A program made the translations under genes and the position numbers. Of a DNA stretch of 64,000 bases, positions 36,433-46,123 are shown piece after piece (within the stretch, counting starts at the first letter, position 1; every line of letters begins with the position of its first letter). Location of the stretch: positions 1 through 64,000 of the IMG/VR virus record IMGVR_UViG_3300045988_142974. One strand, written 5' to 3'. Source of the stretch: a virus. Below the pieces are notes generated by a model. It ran no database searches. It was not told where the DNA came from and saw only the letters and a list, made by a program, of their open reading frames with translations.

Positions 36433-37125
36433 TTAGGCAATAATTTTAATCTCTCCGAAGAGTTCATTAATTACGACACCAATACCTTCCTGATATACTA
36501 CCTCTGCATCAACAGTCATATCTTTCTTTAGACCATCCATGCCTGTCTCGTAGTACATAACATCTCCTTCGTTTACTCTCTTAATTGGCTTAAACTCTGG
36601 ATCTACAGGAAGAATGAAAATCTTCTTCTGGTCTTCGGCAGAGAATACATTCTCTCTTGTGCCAGCTTTATTAACACGAGCAAGAGGTAAGCATTCATAA
36701 CCTTCCCAGTTACCAAGAATACCATTCTGGTTTCTCTCGTCTTTCATTGAATCAGAAAACATGTTGTAATTTACAGTACCCTGAAGCTTCTGAATGGCTG
36801 GTCTAGTACCAACAAGAATAACATCCTTACCTGTAACAGCGGCAACTGCTTCAATCTGAGCAATTATAGAATCCTTTGTAGACTCAGAAACTGCTGTCTG
36901 AAGAATCATATCTGTTGGGAGAGAAGCGTCCATTCCCATGAATGCTGTGTAAAGAGCAGCATATCTGTTCTCCTCGATAGACTTATACATCTTATCTACA
37001 AGAGCAGCGAAATCAACTTTACCTGTCTGAAAAAGTACAAAATCTGTGTAAACCTTTACACCGTAGAATGATGTATCAATAGAGAATGCCTTTCCAGGTT
37101 TTACTGAAGCACGTACACTAAATGT
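36433..37125 (-). CDS. major capsid protein, exon 2 (5' boundary approximate)
   Basis: The frame of ORF 36433..36990 stays open upstream to about 37128 (TFSVRASVKPGKAFSIDTSFYGVKVY...), where a TAA closes it. Confidence 0.65.
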   Translation of the reverse strand, partial: TFSVRASVKPGKAFSIDTSFYGVKVYTDFVLFQTGKVDFAALVDKMYKSIEENRYAALYTAFMGMDASLPTDMILQTAVSESTKDSIIAQIEAVAAVTGKDVILVGTRPAIQKLQGTVNYNMFSDSMKDERNQNGILGNWEGYECLPLARVNKAGTRENVFSAEDQKKIFILPVDPEFKPIKRVNEGDVMYYETGMDGLKKDMTVDAEVVYQEGIGVVINELFGEIKIIA

Positions 37126-38285
37126 TTAACTTATTTTATTTTCCTTAATCGTTAATAAATTTCCAATGATAACCATAGCTTGTTTTAAATTCTCCACGAC
37201 ACGCTTTTAAAATACCAGAAGAGTCGTATCCTAATTTATTTTTTACATCGGTTGCATCATCGTATTTAATATTTGTTTCAATACAAAGGATAGGAGTAGT
37301 ATTTCTTCTCCAACTTTTTCTTCCTTTGGAATGTTCACTTATTTTTCTTTTACTTTCTTCGGAATGATGCTTTCCATACATTCCATTATTTTTACCAAGT
37401 ATTTTTTCTTTTATTATTGGATTTGCCCATTGTTCTAGGGCATTAAGACTTCGTGTTTTGCGAAGATTAGAATTGTTATAAGAATTTTTTACTGATATAC
37501 TCATTTTTTCTTTTGTCTCATCAGACATTACTGAACTGCCATTTTGTCCACCAGTTTTGAGATTGTAACCAAAATCACGATCCATCGTATTGTAAAAATC
37601 AATCCAATATTGTTCTCTATTATCAAGATTTTCAATTGAACAATATTCAATAATTTTAAATACAAAATTATTTTCACCATATTTATTCCATGATTTTTGC
37701 AAATAATCATTGTGATGTTTATTCTTATTTAATTCACTAATATGTCTACGCCATCTATCTTTAATATTATTTGATTGTCCAATATATTTTTTATTATTGA
37801 TTTGATTCTCAATATAATAAATACCAGATTTTATATCAGATATAAAAAATCATCTCTTTTCATTTTGTATTTAAGGAAAATAAATTTATAGGGGCGTTAC
37901 TCCCTGTTGAGCTTAAACTCCACATATTCTTATATGTGAACAGACTATATCTTCATCCTTTTAGGATGCACACCATTTCCATTTAAGGGATTTTCACCCA
38001 CTCACTTGAGCCGTACTCCTATTGCTATATTTTTTATAGCCGATGGGATAGTCGTTGAAGTTTTTCCTATTCGGAACTTACCTGCTGATTTTCCATTAAA
38101 AAAGAACAGGGGATTTAACCTCGTTCTCATACAATTAATTTTTTCTACTTTCGTAACCTTCACGATTAGGCTTATTTCATCCTTGCGTTGTGGTTTAATT
38201 GTCTTTAGGACTTTCCAGCAATTAAATGTGTATTTTTTCACACAGTTTTCACTATGCGGACACTGTTTTGCGAATGTCATGGTGA
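37126..38285 (-). mobile_element. group I intron carrying a GIY-YIG homing endonuclease (boundaries approximate)
   Basis: Minus strand has AAAAUCAGCAGG (Q, 38081-38092), CUUCAACGACUAUC (R, 38047-38060) and AAGAUAUAGUCUG (S, 37941-37953) in canonical order. Confidence 0.8.
37145..37853 (-). CDS. GIY-YIG homing endonuclease with NUMOD3/IENR1-like C-terminus; the only nearby ATG is out of frame by one T in a T6 run
   Basis: In-frame upstream extension reads SGIYYIENQINNKKYIGQSNNIKDRWRRH (GIY...YIG). ATG at 37853-37851 reads ATG ATT TTT TAT ATC TGA; removing one T gives MIFISDIKSGIYY. Confidence 0.7.
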
Positions 38286-38692
38286 TTTCCTGCGAACTTA
38301 GAAACTGTCAGAAGAGAGTTATCTTCTACGAAGAACTCATTTGCATCTCCTTCAGCAATATTTCTCTCGTCAACATACTCCATGAAACGAGCATTAGCTG
38401 TGTTCCAACCAGAGTTCATCTTGTCAGCAATTACATCCTCGATAAGAGTAGCAATTTCCTTATTGTGATCTCTCCAAGCCTGTCTACGCTTCATGGAATT
38501 AGCCTCTTTGAAGTTAAGACCAAGAATCTTATTAAACTGCTTTCTAAGAATTGTCTGTGTATCCTCTTTAGAATACTTCTCATATACGCTATTGCTTGCG
38601 TCCATCATAAGTGAGTTGAACTCAAGCATGTTGTCATATTTATTGTCGAACTGTGCTAAAACGTTAGCACTGAAACATGTAATATCTTTCAT
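38252..38692 (-). CDS. major capsid protein, exon 1 (the last ~5-10 codons are probably intron read-through)
   Basis: Position after the scaffold-like genes; continues in exon 2; assignment by position and size. Confidence 0.6.
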   Translation of the reverse strand: MKDITCFSANVLAQFDNKYDNMLEFNSLMMDASNSVYEKYSKEDTQTILRKQFNKILGLNFKEANSMKRRQAWRDHNKEIATLIEDVIADKMNSGWNTANARFMEYVDERNIAEGDANEFFVEDNSLLTVSKFAGNHHDIRKTVSA

Positions 38693-38712
38693 CTATTTAA
38701 TCCTCCCTTCTC

Positions 38713-39297
38713 TTACGCAATATCCTTGTTCTGAAGAACCTGAATACGAACAATTGTGTAATATGTACCTACTGAAAGACTGTGAACCTTTCCAACAAAA
38801 CCATTAGTACCCTGAAGAGTAGCAAGTTCAGAAGCCTCAGAAGCTATCCATGCACCCTTACCATCAACAGTTACAAGATTTCCAGCCTTAACTTTTTCTG
38901 CACTATCATCTGTGAACTGGTAAGAAGCAATACCAAAAATATCTGTATGTACAGATGGATCTGCAATCTGATATGTCTTTACTGGCTTACCTGCTGGGTT
39001 TGTGTAGTTATAAGCCTGTCCCTGTTCAGTTGTAAGTGCTGTCTTAACCTCTGCTGGTGCGCCTGTTACAGCAATCTTATCTGTAATCTTTGCGATAGTT
39101 GCATATCTTTCCTCAAGACCATTACCTGTGTAGTCTCCGATCTTTAAAGCAACACCATTGTCTACCGAGATAGGTTTTTCACTTTCGTCTCTTACAAGTG
39201 CATCGTAGATGTTTCCTACGTCTGTTGCTAAAAGCGCTGATGACTCAAATAAACCGTGCATATTTTTTTCACGGCTTGCTAAATTTGTATAAATCAT
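38713..39297 (-). CDS. putative head scaffold/decoration protein
   Basis: Directly upstream of the capsid gene; 194 aa. Confidence 0.3.
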   Translation of the reverse strand: MIYTNLASREKNMHGLFESSALLATDVGNIYDALVRDESEKPISVDNGVALKIGDYTGNGLEERYATIAKITDKIAVTGAPAEVKTALTTEQGQAYNYTNPAGKPVKTYQIADPSVHTDIFGIASYQFTDDSAEKVKAGNLVTVDGKGAWIASEASELATLQGTNGFVGKVHSLSVGTYYTIVRIQVLQNKDIA

Positions 39298-39331
39298 TTA
39301 AATTTCCTCCTTGTTTAATAATTTTTTGCAA

Positions 39332-39355
39332 TAAAAAAGAACGTCTATTGACGCT
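39332..39355 (-). terminator. Terminator-like hairpin
   Basis: agcgtc / gacgtt stem followed on the minus strand by CTTTTTTATT. Confidence 0.45.
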
Positions 39356-39385
39356 CCGATTGATTTGTTAATATTCATTTTTTAA

Positions 39386-41086
39386 CTATTTCTTAAGTAA
39401 TCCATCTAAGAATGATGATTCATGCTCAGTTCTAGCAAATGCGAAGAAAGAAGGCTTTGTCTCCTTATGTGATTCCTCTGCATTCATAGAAAATGTCTTT
39501 GTAGTTTTTACTACCTTACCAAGAGCAGCATCTGCTTTCTCAACTAACTCATCCTTTGTGAATTTCTTTACATTTTCAACATCCATGAGTTTCTTGAACT
39601 CATCTGTCTCAAGATACTTGCTATATGCCTGATCTTCAAAAACAGTCATCTTATCTGCGATTTCCTCTGCCTCTTCATATCTAGTAAGCTTTTCAGAAAT
39701 AGAAGAGTAGTTAGCTCTCATATCCTCTAACTCAGCTTTCTCATCAGCAGTTACAAACTCAGCAAACACTTCCTGACGTTCGCCATCAAAAGCAATAGCA
39801 TCATTCTCTTTTGTATAAGCCTGTTTGTAGTAATTTCCACAGCAAGACTCATAAATGAAATAATCATCATATACGGACATAATCCAGTAATACTCATTTA
39901 ATGTCTCCTCGATTGGAGCTAAGAGCTGATATAATGCAGAACGTACATCTTCATGTGATAACTCAAAAATCTTAGAATATGTATCTTTGTCCTTATCATC
40001 ATCTGCGTTATCAGTGTCGTCTGGCTCATCTGTAGTACTATCGTCCGTGTCGTCATCAGTATCATCATCTGACTTATCTGACTCTGTTAAAACTGTGTCA
40101 GGCGTAGGCTCTGATTCACCAAAAGTAGTAGAGAATACTTTTTCAAGATCCTCATCAGATAAACCTTCATACTCGAAAGTAATATCTTCTACAGTTTTAT
40201 TGTATTTTTTCAGTAATTCTTCAAATTTTGTCATGTTAATTTCTGTATTTCCTCCTTTCTCAAATTTTTCAACTGTTGGATTAGTTTTTGAATTTATATT
40301 GAGACTGGATAAAGTTTTATTAAGATTATCCAGAGTTTCAATTAATTTAGAGTGTTCATCTTCTGAAATAGAAGAGAATAAAGAATTGTTTTCTTCAGAA
40401 AAATCAAGTAAATCAACTCTTGCATTTTTCATGCCTTCTTCAACATTGTTTAATGTGACAGAATTTTTTCCTAAAAGAGTTGCACCAGTAATTGTTACAT
40501 CTGTAAGTTCAAGAACATTTGAACTAGCATTATATTGCATTTCATTAATTCCAAGTTCTACACTAATTTTTGTACCACCTTTTCTTTCAATAATAGAAGC
40601 AGCGGCTGTGTAATCACGAGGAATAGCACAATAACCATATAAGAAATTATGACCAGTTTCTTCTTCAACTTCAAGAAATGCATCGTCAGACGTAAAACAA
40701 CCAACTTGTTTTTCTATATAGACAATATTATTATCATCATCTAATTCCATATCATGCGAGGTGAAATCTTTTAATGTTTCACCTGACTGTTCATCAGTAT
40801 ATTCCATAAAATTTGCTAAAACAGGTTTGTAAGCTAAAGTTTTAGAAGCCTTTATTAATGCATTATCGGTAACACTAGAATGATTTCTGTTTTCACCAGA
40901 ATGCATTAACTTAACCTTACAGAATAGAAGAGAATCATCATTATTTTCTTTCATGACTTCAAACTGTGCAGGAACTTGTACTGCTAACTGGTATCCTGTT
41001 CTTTCTGAATTAAAACTATAATTCGCTTTATCTTTGGAGATTAAATTATATAAATCCTCTAATGAATAAATTTTTCTTTTTGACAT
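39386..41086 (-). CDS. putative scaffolding / prohead maturation protein with acidic D/T-rich linker
   Basis: Position between portal and capsid; DDTDDDTDDSTTDEPDDTDNADDDKDKD tract; start moved to MSKRKIY. Confidence 0.35.
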   Translation of the reverse strand: MSKRKIYSLEDLYNLISKDKANYSFNSERTGYQLAVQVPAQFEVMKENNDDSLLFCKVKLMHSGENRNHSSVTDNALIKASKTLAYKPVLANFMEYTDEQSGETLKDFTSHDMELDDDNNIVYIEKQVGCFTSDDAFLEVEEETGHNFLYGYCAIPRDYTAAASIIERKGGTKISVELGINEMQYNASSNVLELTDVTITGATLLGKNSVTLNNVEEGMKNARVDLLDFSEENNSLFSSISEDEHSKLIETLDNLNKTLSSLNINSKTNPTVEKFEKGGNTEINMTKFEELLKKYNKTVEDITFEYEGLSDEDLEKVFSTTFGESEPTPDTVLTESDKSDDDTDDDTDDSTTDEPDDTDNADDDKDKDTYSKIFELSHEDVRSALYQLLAPIEETLNEYYWIMSVYDDYFIYESCCGNYYKQAYTKENDAIAFDGERQEVFAEFVTADEKAELEDMRANYSSISEKLTRYEEAEEIADKMTVFEDQAYSKYLETDEFKKLMDVENVKKFTKDELVEKADAALGKVVKTTKTFSMNAEESHKETKPSFFAFARTEHESSFLDGLLKK

Positions 41087-41141
41087 TATATCGTTTTTCG
41101 ACCTCCTTTCTAAAATGATAATAACCACTCAAGAAAGTGGC

Positions 41142-41327
41142 TTAAAACATCAACTTATTTGTAAATCCAATTTTATCTATTGGGATAGTGTCATCGAATT
41201 TTAAAGTTGAATCATTAATAAATATAAAAAAAGAACCCCCAGATGGAATTTCTGAGAATCCTAATTTTGTTAGGTTATTTTTTGTTACCTCATCCGAGGT
41301 GAATAGAAATTGAGAATTGTTTTTCAT
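41142..41327 (-). CDS. small hypothetical protein (61 aa)
   Basis: ORF 41142..41435 overlaps the portal 3' end; start moved to the ATG after AGAGGTGA. Confidence 0.35.
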   Translation of the reverse strand: MKNNSQFLFTSDEVTKNNLTKLGFSEIPSGGSFFIFINDSTLKFDDTIPIDKIGFTNKLMF

Positions 41328-41343
41328 GTATGTCACCTCTTGA

Positions 41344-42918
41344 TTAATTATTTGCTGAAGTGCCAGCATTTTTGTCACCATCTCTAGTCTGAATTGCACT
41401 ATCTGATAAATCATCATCATTTTTGGTTTGTCCACCAGAATCCTTTTTATTTGACTGAGTAAATGAAGTCTGAAGTGGAATCATTAAATTCTTAATTCCA
41501 ATTGCATTTTCAAATATTAATTTACAATAAGCTTCATAAGGATTTCCCATAAGACTTGTGAGATAATCAAGTGCTGAACCTCCAAGAGTAGCAGCATCTT
41601 TCATTGTAGACTGATATTCTTCTTGGTTATACCAAGTAATTTTATGTATCTTAAACGAATATCCATCAGATAGAACATTTTCGATATAATGATTATACCA
41701 AGATTCGATTTTATTAACTAAAACCCAACATGTACTTGTATCATTTTGGATAGCATGTTTAAGTCCAACCGAATTTGTACTTGAACCACCACTAATAACA
41801 AGCTGAGAAGCACCTGCATTTGCAAAAATATTCTGAACAGACTGTGCTAATTCATTATTTGCTTCTGTTGTATTTGACTTAGGGAATGTAATCATCTCCA
41901 AATCCATCGGACTGTATGCAGTGCCGACCAATTCAGGCACAACTTCATCAATAAGAGCCTGCATTTGCTGAACAAGTTCAAGACTTAATGAGAAATCATC
42001 GACATTTTCAGAATTAGGAACGGTTGGGATTTTACTTACAAGAAGTACATAATTTTCAAGTGCTGTACGATTATTAATAAGTTCCTGTAAATCAATATCA
42101 TCAAGTATCAACTCAAATAAAGGTAGAAAGAATGGAAGAGGAGCATAAAACTCATCATCTGGACACGCAGTTAGACAAAATACAGAATTAGGATCTAATC
42201 TATACCATTCATAGTCACGACCATTGTTTTTGTAGTCTTCATATCCTTTAATATGCTGTTCAGACCATGTACCAACTCCATCATTATTTACACCATAGAT
42301 ATAGTTTTTATTGTCATTCTTATCAAAATAAGCGGCATCAAAATAAACAATCCACTGGTTATCTTGTGTCTTACCATAAATACGACAATACTGAACATCT
42401 AATGGCATCCATATTTTCCCATCTTCATCAGAATCATATAGTTCCCAAACAGTAAATCCATCTCTTAAAGCCATATACATCTGCGAATATGAATCTTTAG
42501 CAAGTTCAAACTTGGAGAAGTTCTTCAATAAGTTCTGATAATTTTTAATGGATTTAGTTGGATCAATTTCTTTTGTGAAATCATTTAACTGGGTAATATT
42601 ATAATAGAAAAGAGGCATTGACGGATAATACATAAGAAGTTTCTTATAAAGCATTGAATATCTACACAAGAATCGTGATATTTCTCTGAGATTATCCTGA
42701 CTGTTATTGGGCGAACTAATATAATTTCGCAGTAATTCTTTGGTATATGTAGTGAATGTTTTTGTAAAAGTTTTGCCTACATTCCTCTGCAATAATTCCT
42801 GAAACTTTGTAAAATTTATTTTTTGTGCTCGTTTACGTTCTACTTCATAGCCAGACTCATCAGTTTTTGTATAAACCTTTTGTACTATAGGTTGCTTTGT
42901 ATTTTTTGTATTACTCAA
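41344..42918 (-). CDS. portal protein
   Basis: 524 aa, directly downstream of the large terminase. Confidence 0.55.
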   Translation of the reverse strand: MSNTKNTKQPIVQKVYTKTDESGYEVERKRAQKINFTKFQELLQRNVGKTFTKTFTTYTKELLRNYISSPNNSQDNLREISRFLCRYSMLYKKLLMYYPSMPLFYYNITQLNDFTKEIDPTKSIKNYQNLLKNFSKFELAKDSYSQMYMALRDGFTVWELYDSDEDGKIWMPLDVQYCRIYGKTQDNQWIVYFDAAYFDKNDNKNYIYGVNNDGVGTWSEQHIKGYEDYKNNGRDYEWYRLDPNSVFCLTACPDDEFYAPLPFFLPLFELILDDIDLQELINNRTALENYVLLVSKIPTVPNSENVDDFSLSLELVQQMQALIDEVVPELVGTAYSPMDLEMITFPKSNTTEANNELAQSVQNIFANAGASQLVISGGSSTNSVGLKHAIQNDTSTCWVLVNKIESWYNHYIENVLSDGYSFKIHKITWYNQEEYQSTMKDAATLGGSALDYLTSLMGNPYEAYCKLIFENAIGIKNLMIPLQTSFTQSNKKDSGGQTKNDDDLSDSAIQTRDGDKNAGTSANN

Positions 42919-42940
42919 ATTGTGTGATATACCTCCTTTC

Positions 42941-44860
42941 TTAAAATCTTGTCACTTTTTTTGGCGCTCTTATTGAGAAGAGCTTTGTTATGTCGGATGG
43001 GGATTGGGTGTGCTTTTTCTGACGTACAGTATCTTGACTTCTAAGTTCAAATAAACAGTGTCCCATTAAAGCCATGCAGTAGCTTCTATCATCGTGCAAA
43101 ATATTTTCAAAACCAGGAGCAAGATCGTATCTTACTTTTTCATTTGATGATTTATACTTGTACATATGGGTTAATTCTTCTTTCATAGCATCAAGCTGCT
43201 TTAATCCCAATTCCTCTTCAAAAGATAATTTATAATTCTTTTCAATAACTTCCCCATTTTCTTCTTCAAGCATAGTTAAGCTGCCATGATAATCATATTC
43301 TGCTGTAAAACTAATCAAATCCTGATCAATCATTTCACATAACTGTGAATACATAATTGCTTTATATTTAGAAGGCTCACGCATACGAATTACATCTATA
43401 GCATCTGGATACCTTTTTACATATGGAATAGCATAATCATAGCTTGCATCAATTAATCCATGATGTTCATAATCTTTTTCACCTTTATGATTTTTCTCAT
43501 AAAAATTATCAAAAAGTAAATCACATATTTGCGTAGCTCCACCACCAGAACCAGCATCAATATATATACCATGAATGTTTTTATAATCAGGAACACCATA
43601 TCCGTTATATCTAACCATAATATCTTGGAGCATTGTCACCTGTTCAGGAGTAGTAAGTGGTTTTTGTGTTTCTTTATCAATCAGGTTGATACCATTTACA
43701 ACATCTAATAGCCAACCACGTTTATCATCTCTATGTAATTTACCAACAAGCACAAAGCTGTTATCTCTTTTTTTGGCGGGATCGAAGCAGATGACCATAA
43801 GAGAATTATCATCATTAACAAGCATTGGCGGTCTGACAACACTATTTCTAAGAACTTGCGATTTCTTAACTGCAATATCATCACCAAGGTCTGAATCAAA
43901 TTTATTCATATACTCACGGGTAGCTTTAGTTGGATTCATCTTCATTTCTGAATCAATCTTTGCTTGAGTAAGTAGTGGAACAGGATATACTTTTCCATTA
44001 TAAGTAGCATGAAGAATTACTTCACAATCTATATCTGCACAAAAATAATTCTTATCACCTGCCATAGAGTGCATCGCAGCTTCTTTATATCTTTTATAGA
44101 AAACATCATCCATCGAACCTGCTGAACTTGCACATACAACTTGATTTGGGAAATTTGGTGGAAGTAATGTTACATCAACATCACCACCAAGAGCGAAGTC
44201 ACTGTTCTGAGTGACGAATGGAAGAGTAGCAGCGAACATATCTTCAGATACATATGATGCCTCATCATAGAAATTAAGTCGGCTTCTTCGACCACGAGAT
44301 CCATCAAAATTTGAGTTGACCGTAGCCAAACTCGATCCTGAATAAAGTTTAAAGGAGTAAGATGCTGGATCGTGCCGAAAGCCCTCGCTGTTTGAACTTT
44401 TTACAAGTTCGTTTAGAAATACATCTGTCAGACCAGTAAAAGAAGCGATTTCTTTTTTAGCAATAGACTCGATCTTCTTCATCATACCTATACTTTGCGA
44501 ACCTGTGCTTGATAAAATGTAGCCTTCAAATTTGGGCAGTAACATTGTTTTAGCCATCAGGAATGGGCTACCCAATGTAGTTTTACCAGCATTACGACTC
44601 ATACACCAAACAACATTTGGAGTAATCCATGACATCATAAATACATATTTCTGATAATCAAGAAATTCAATGCCGAAAAATCTTTCGCAGAATTTTACCG
44701 GGTTTCTGCGCCCCCATTGAATTATTTCAGAGAATTTTTTCAAACCCTCTAATTTTAATTCAGACATATCATAATAAGTAGGTTTTTTGAAAAAAGTAAA
44801 ATTTTTTGGAGTAAATTCATTTATAGAATCACCCATCAGGACAATTTTATCATCAGCCAT
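42941..44860 (-). CDS. terL: terminase large subunit
   Basis: Walker A MSRNAGKTT, Walker B LNFYDEA, C-terminal RNaseH-like nuclease region (VICFDPA...), 639 aa. Confidence 0.85.
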   Translation of the reverse strand: MADDKIVLMGDSINEFTPKNFTFFKKPTYYDMSELKLEGLKKFSEIIQWGRRNPVKFCERFFGIEFLDYQKYVFMMSWITPNVVWCMSRNAGKTTLGSPFLMAKTMLLPKFEGYILSSTGSQSIGMMKKIESIAKKEIASFTGLTDVFLNELVKSSNSEGFRHDPASYSFKLYSGSSLATVNSNFDGSRGRRSRLNFYDEASYVSEDMFAATLPFVTQNSDFALGGDVDVTLLPPNFPNQVVCASSAGSMDDVFYKRYKEAAMHSMAGDKNYFCADIDCEVILHATYNGKVYPVPLLTQAKIDSEMKMNPTKATREYMNKFDSDLGDDIAVKKSQVLRNSVVRPPMLVNDDNSLMVICFDPAKKRDNSFVLVGKLHRDDKRGWLLDVVNGINLIDKETQKPLTTPEQVTMLQDIMVRYNGYGVPDYKNIHGIYIDAGSGGGATQICDLLFDNFYEKNHKGEKDYEHHGLIDASYDYAIPYVKRYPDAIDVIRMREPSKYKAIMYSQLCEMIDQDLISFTAEYDYHGSLTMLEEENGEVIEKNYKLSFEEELGLKQLDAMKEELTHMYKYKSSNEKVRYDLAPGFENILHDDRSYCMALMGHCLFELRSQDTVRQKKHTQSPSDITKLFSIRAPKKVTRF

Positions 44861-46076
44861 CTTCGATTACTTGCCCTTTCTCATCTATAAGACCTTTTTC
44901 AAATAAGAAATCTTTAAGGTCTTTATTTTCCTTTTTCAACAACCTACTAAATTCAACAGCATTATCTCTTTCTTTTTGAAGATTAAATAATAATCCTTTC
45001 TGATGAATAACTTCTTTTTCCCAATCGTTTTCATCAGGATTTAACTGCTTTAATTGATTCTGATGATTTCTTGTCATAATATCTTCGATTGCCATATTTG
45101 TTTCATAATCGAATGTATTTACCTCAGAACCATCTAAATCCATTTCTTGTAATTCTTTTATGATACCAGTAAGAGTACCAGCACCTTTGCTTTTTCTGTT
45201 GTTATTGTTTTCAGATATACCGTTGTCCTTTGCTAATGCAAGGGCAGAGGAAAGCATATCTTTTTTTGTCTGTGTGAGAGATTTTACAGTAGCGATCATT
45301 TCTGGATGAGTTTGTAGTTGTTTTGTATATTGAGCCAATGTGTCATTTATATGTTTTACATCTTTAAATGACTGTACTATTTCAATTACAGCTTCCAATT
45401 TAAAACCATCATCTTTTAATGAATCATCAAAATAATTTACCAACTTACTATATAAAAGAGGTTTGTCTTCTTCCTCTTCGTATATAAAAGGATCATAACC
45501 AAGCATTCTAAGAACACTTCGTTTATTTTTAATATACATATCTTCAACATCTTCAGATACTTGCTGTGGTTTCTTTTCAAAATTTTCGGCAACATCAGTT
45601 GTCACATCATTGACATTTTGTTCACCAAAATCAGATTGGTCAAACGTCATTCCAAAATATTGAGGTAAACTCTGTAAACATGTAATCATTTGACTATATC
45701 CAGTGCCACGTTTCTTACCACTTACCTCATTTGTGATAGCACTACAAGAGTTATCATATAAGTCTTCTAAAAATGGTAAATCAGCTTTTTTCATTGCCTC
45801 AATCACAGTTTCTCTTGTTTCATGTGTTTCTTTAGTTTTTTCATCATATCCTGTTCCTATTTTATAAAGACATTCTTTACAAACAGGAATAAGACCTGAT
45901 GCAGTTTTTGGACTCTTATAAAATTTATCACGCCCTTTGAATTTTCCACATTCATGACAATAAGCACCATTTTTTATTTTTTGATACTCATTGACCAATT
46001 TTTTATAAGCAGAGCGACATTGTGTAACAGTCATCTTACTTATATCTTCGATTTCATATTCTTTGACTCTTGGCAC
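44853..46076 (-). CDS. hypothetical protein with Zn-ribbon, possibly small terminase / DNA-recognition subunit
   Basis: Overlaps the terL start by 8 nt; CHECGKF...CKEC motif. Confidence 0.3.
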   Translation of the reverse strand: MPRVKEYEIEDISKMTVTQCRSAYKKLVNEYQKIKNGAYCHECGKFKGRDKFYKSPKTASGLIPVCKECLYKIGTGYDEKTKETHETRETVIEAMKKADLPFLEDLYDNSCSAITNEVSGKKRGTGYSQMITCLQSLPQYFGMTFDQSDFGEQNVNDVTTDVAENFEKKPQQVSEDVEDMYIKNKRSVLRMLGYDPFIYEEEEDKPLLYSKLVNYFDDSLKDDGFKLEAVIEIVQSFKDVKHINDTLAQYTKQLQTHPEMIATVKSLTQTKKDMLSSALALAKDNGISENNNNRKSKGAGTLTGIIKELQEMDLDGSEVNTFDYETNMAIEDIMTRNHQNQLKQLNPDENDWEKEVIHQKGLLFNLQKERDNAVEFSRLLKKENKDLKDFLFEKGLIDEKGQVIEDG

Positions 46077-46123
46077 AAAGTCACTTCCTTTCCTTTTTAT
46101 TCCAATAAAATAGAAGAGTAAGT

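Noticed and set aside
38002-38614. ORFs 38006..38614 (+) and 38002..38280 (-) as possible genes
   Set aside because: They run through the group I intron core (Q/R elements) and capsid exon 1. The composition is implausible and there is no RBS.
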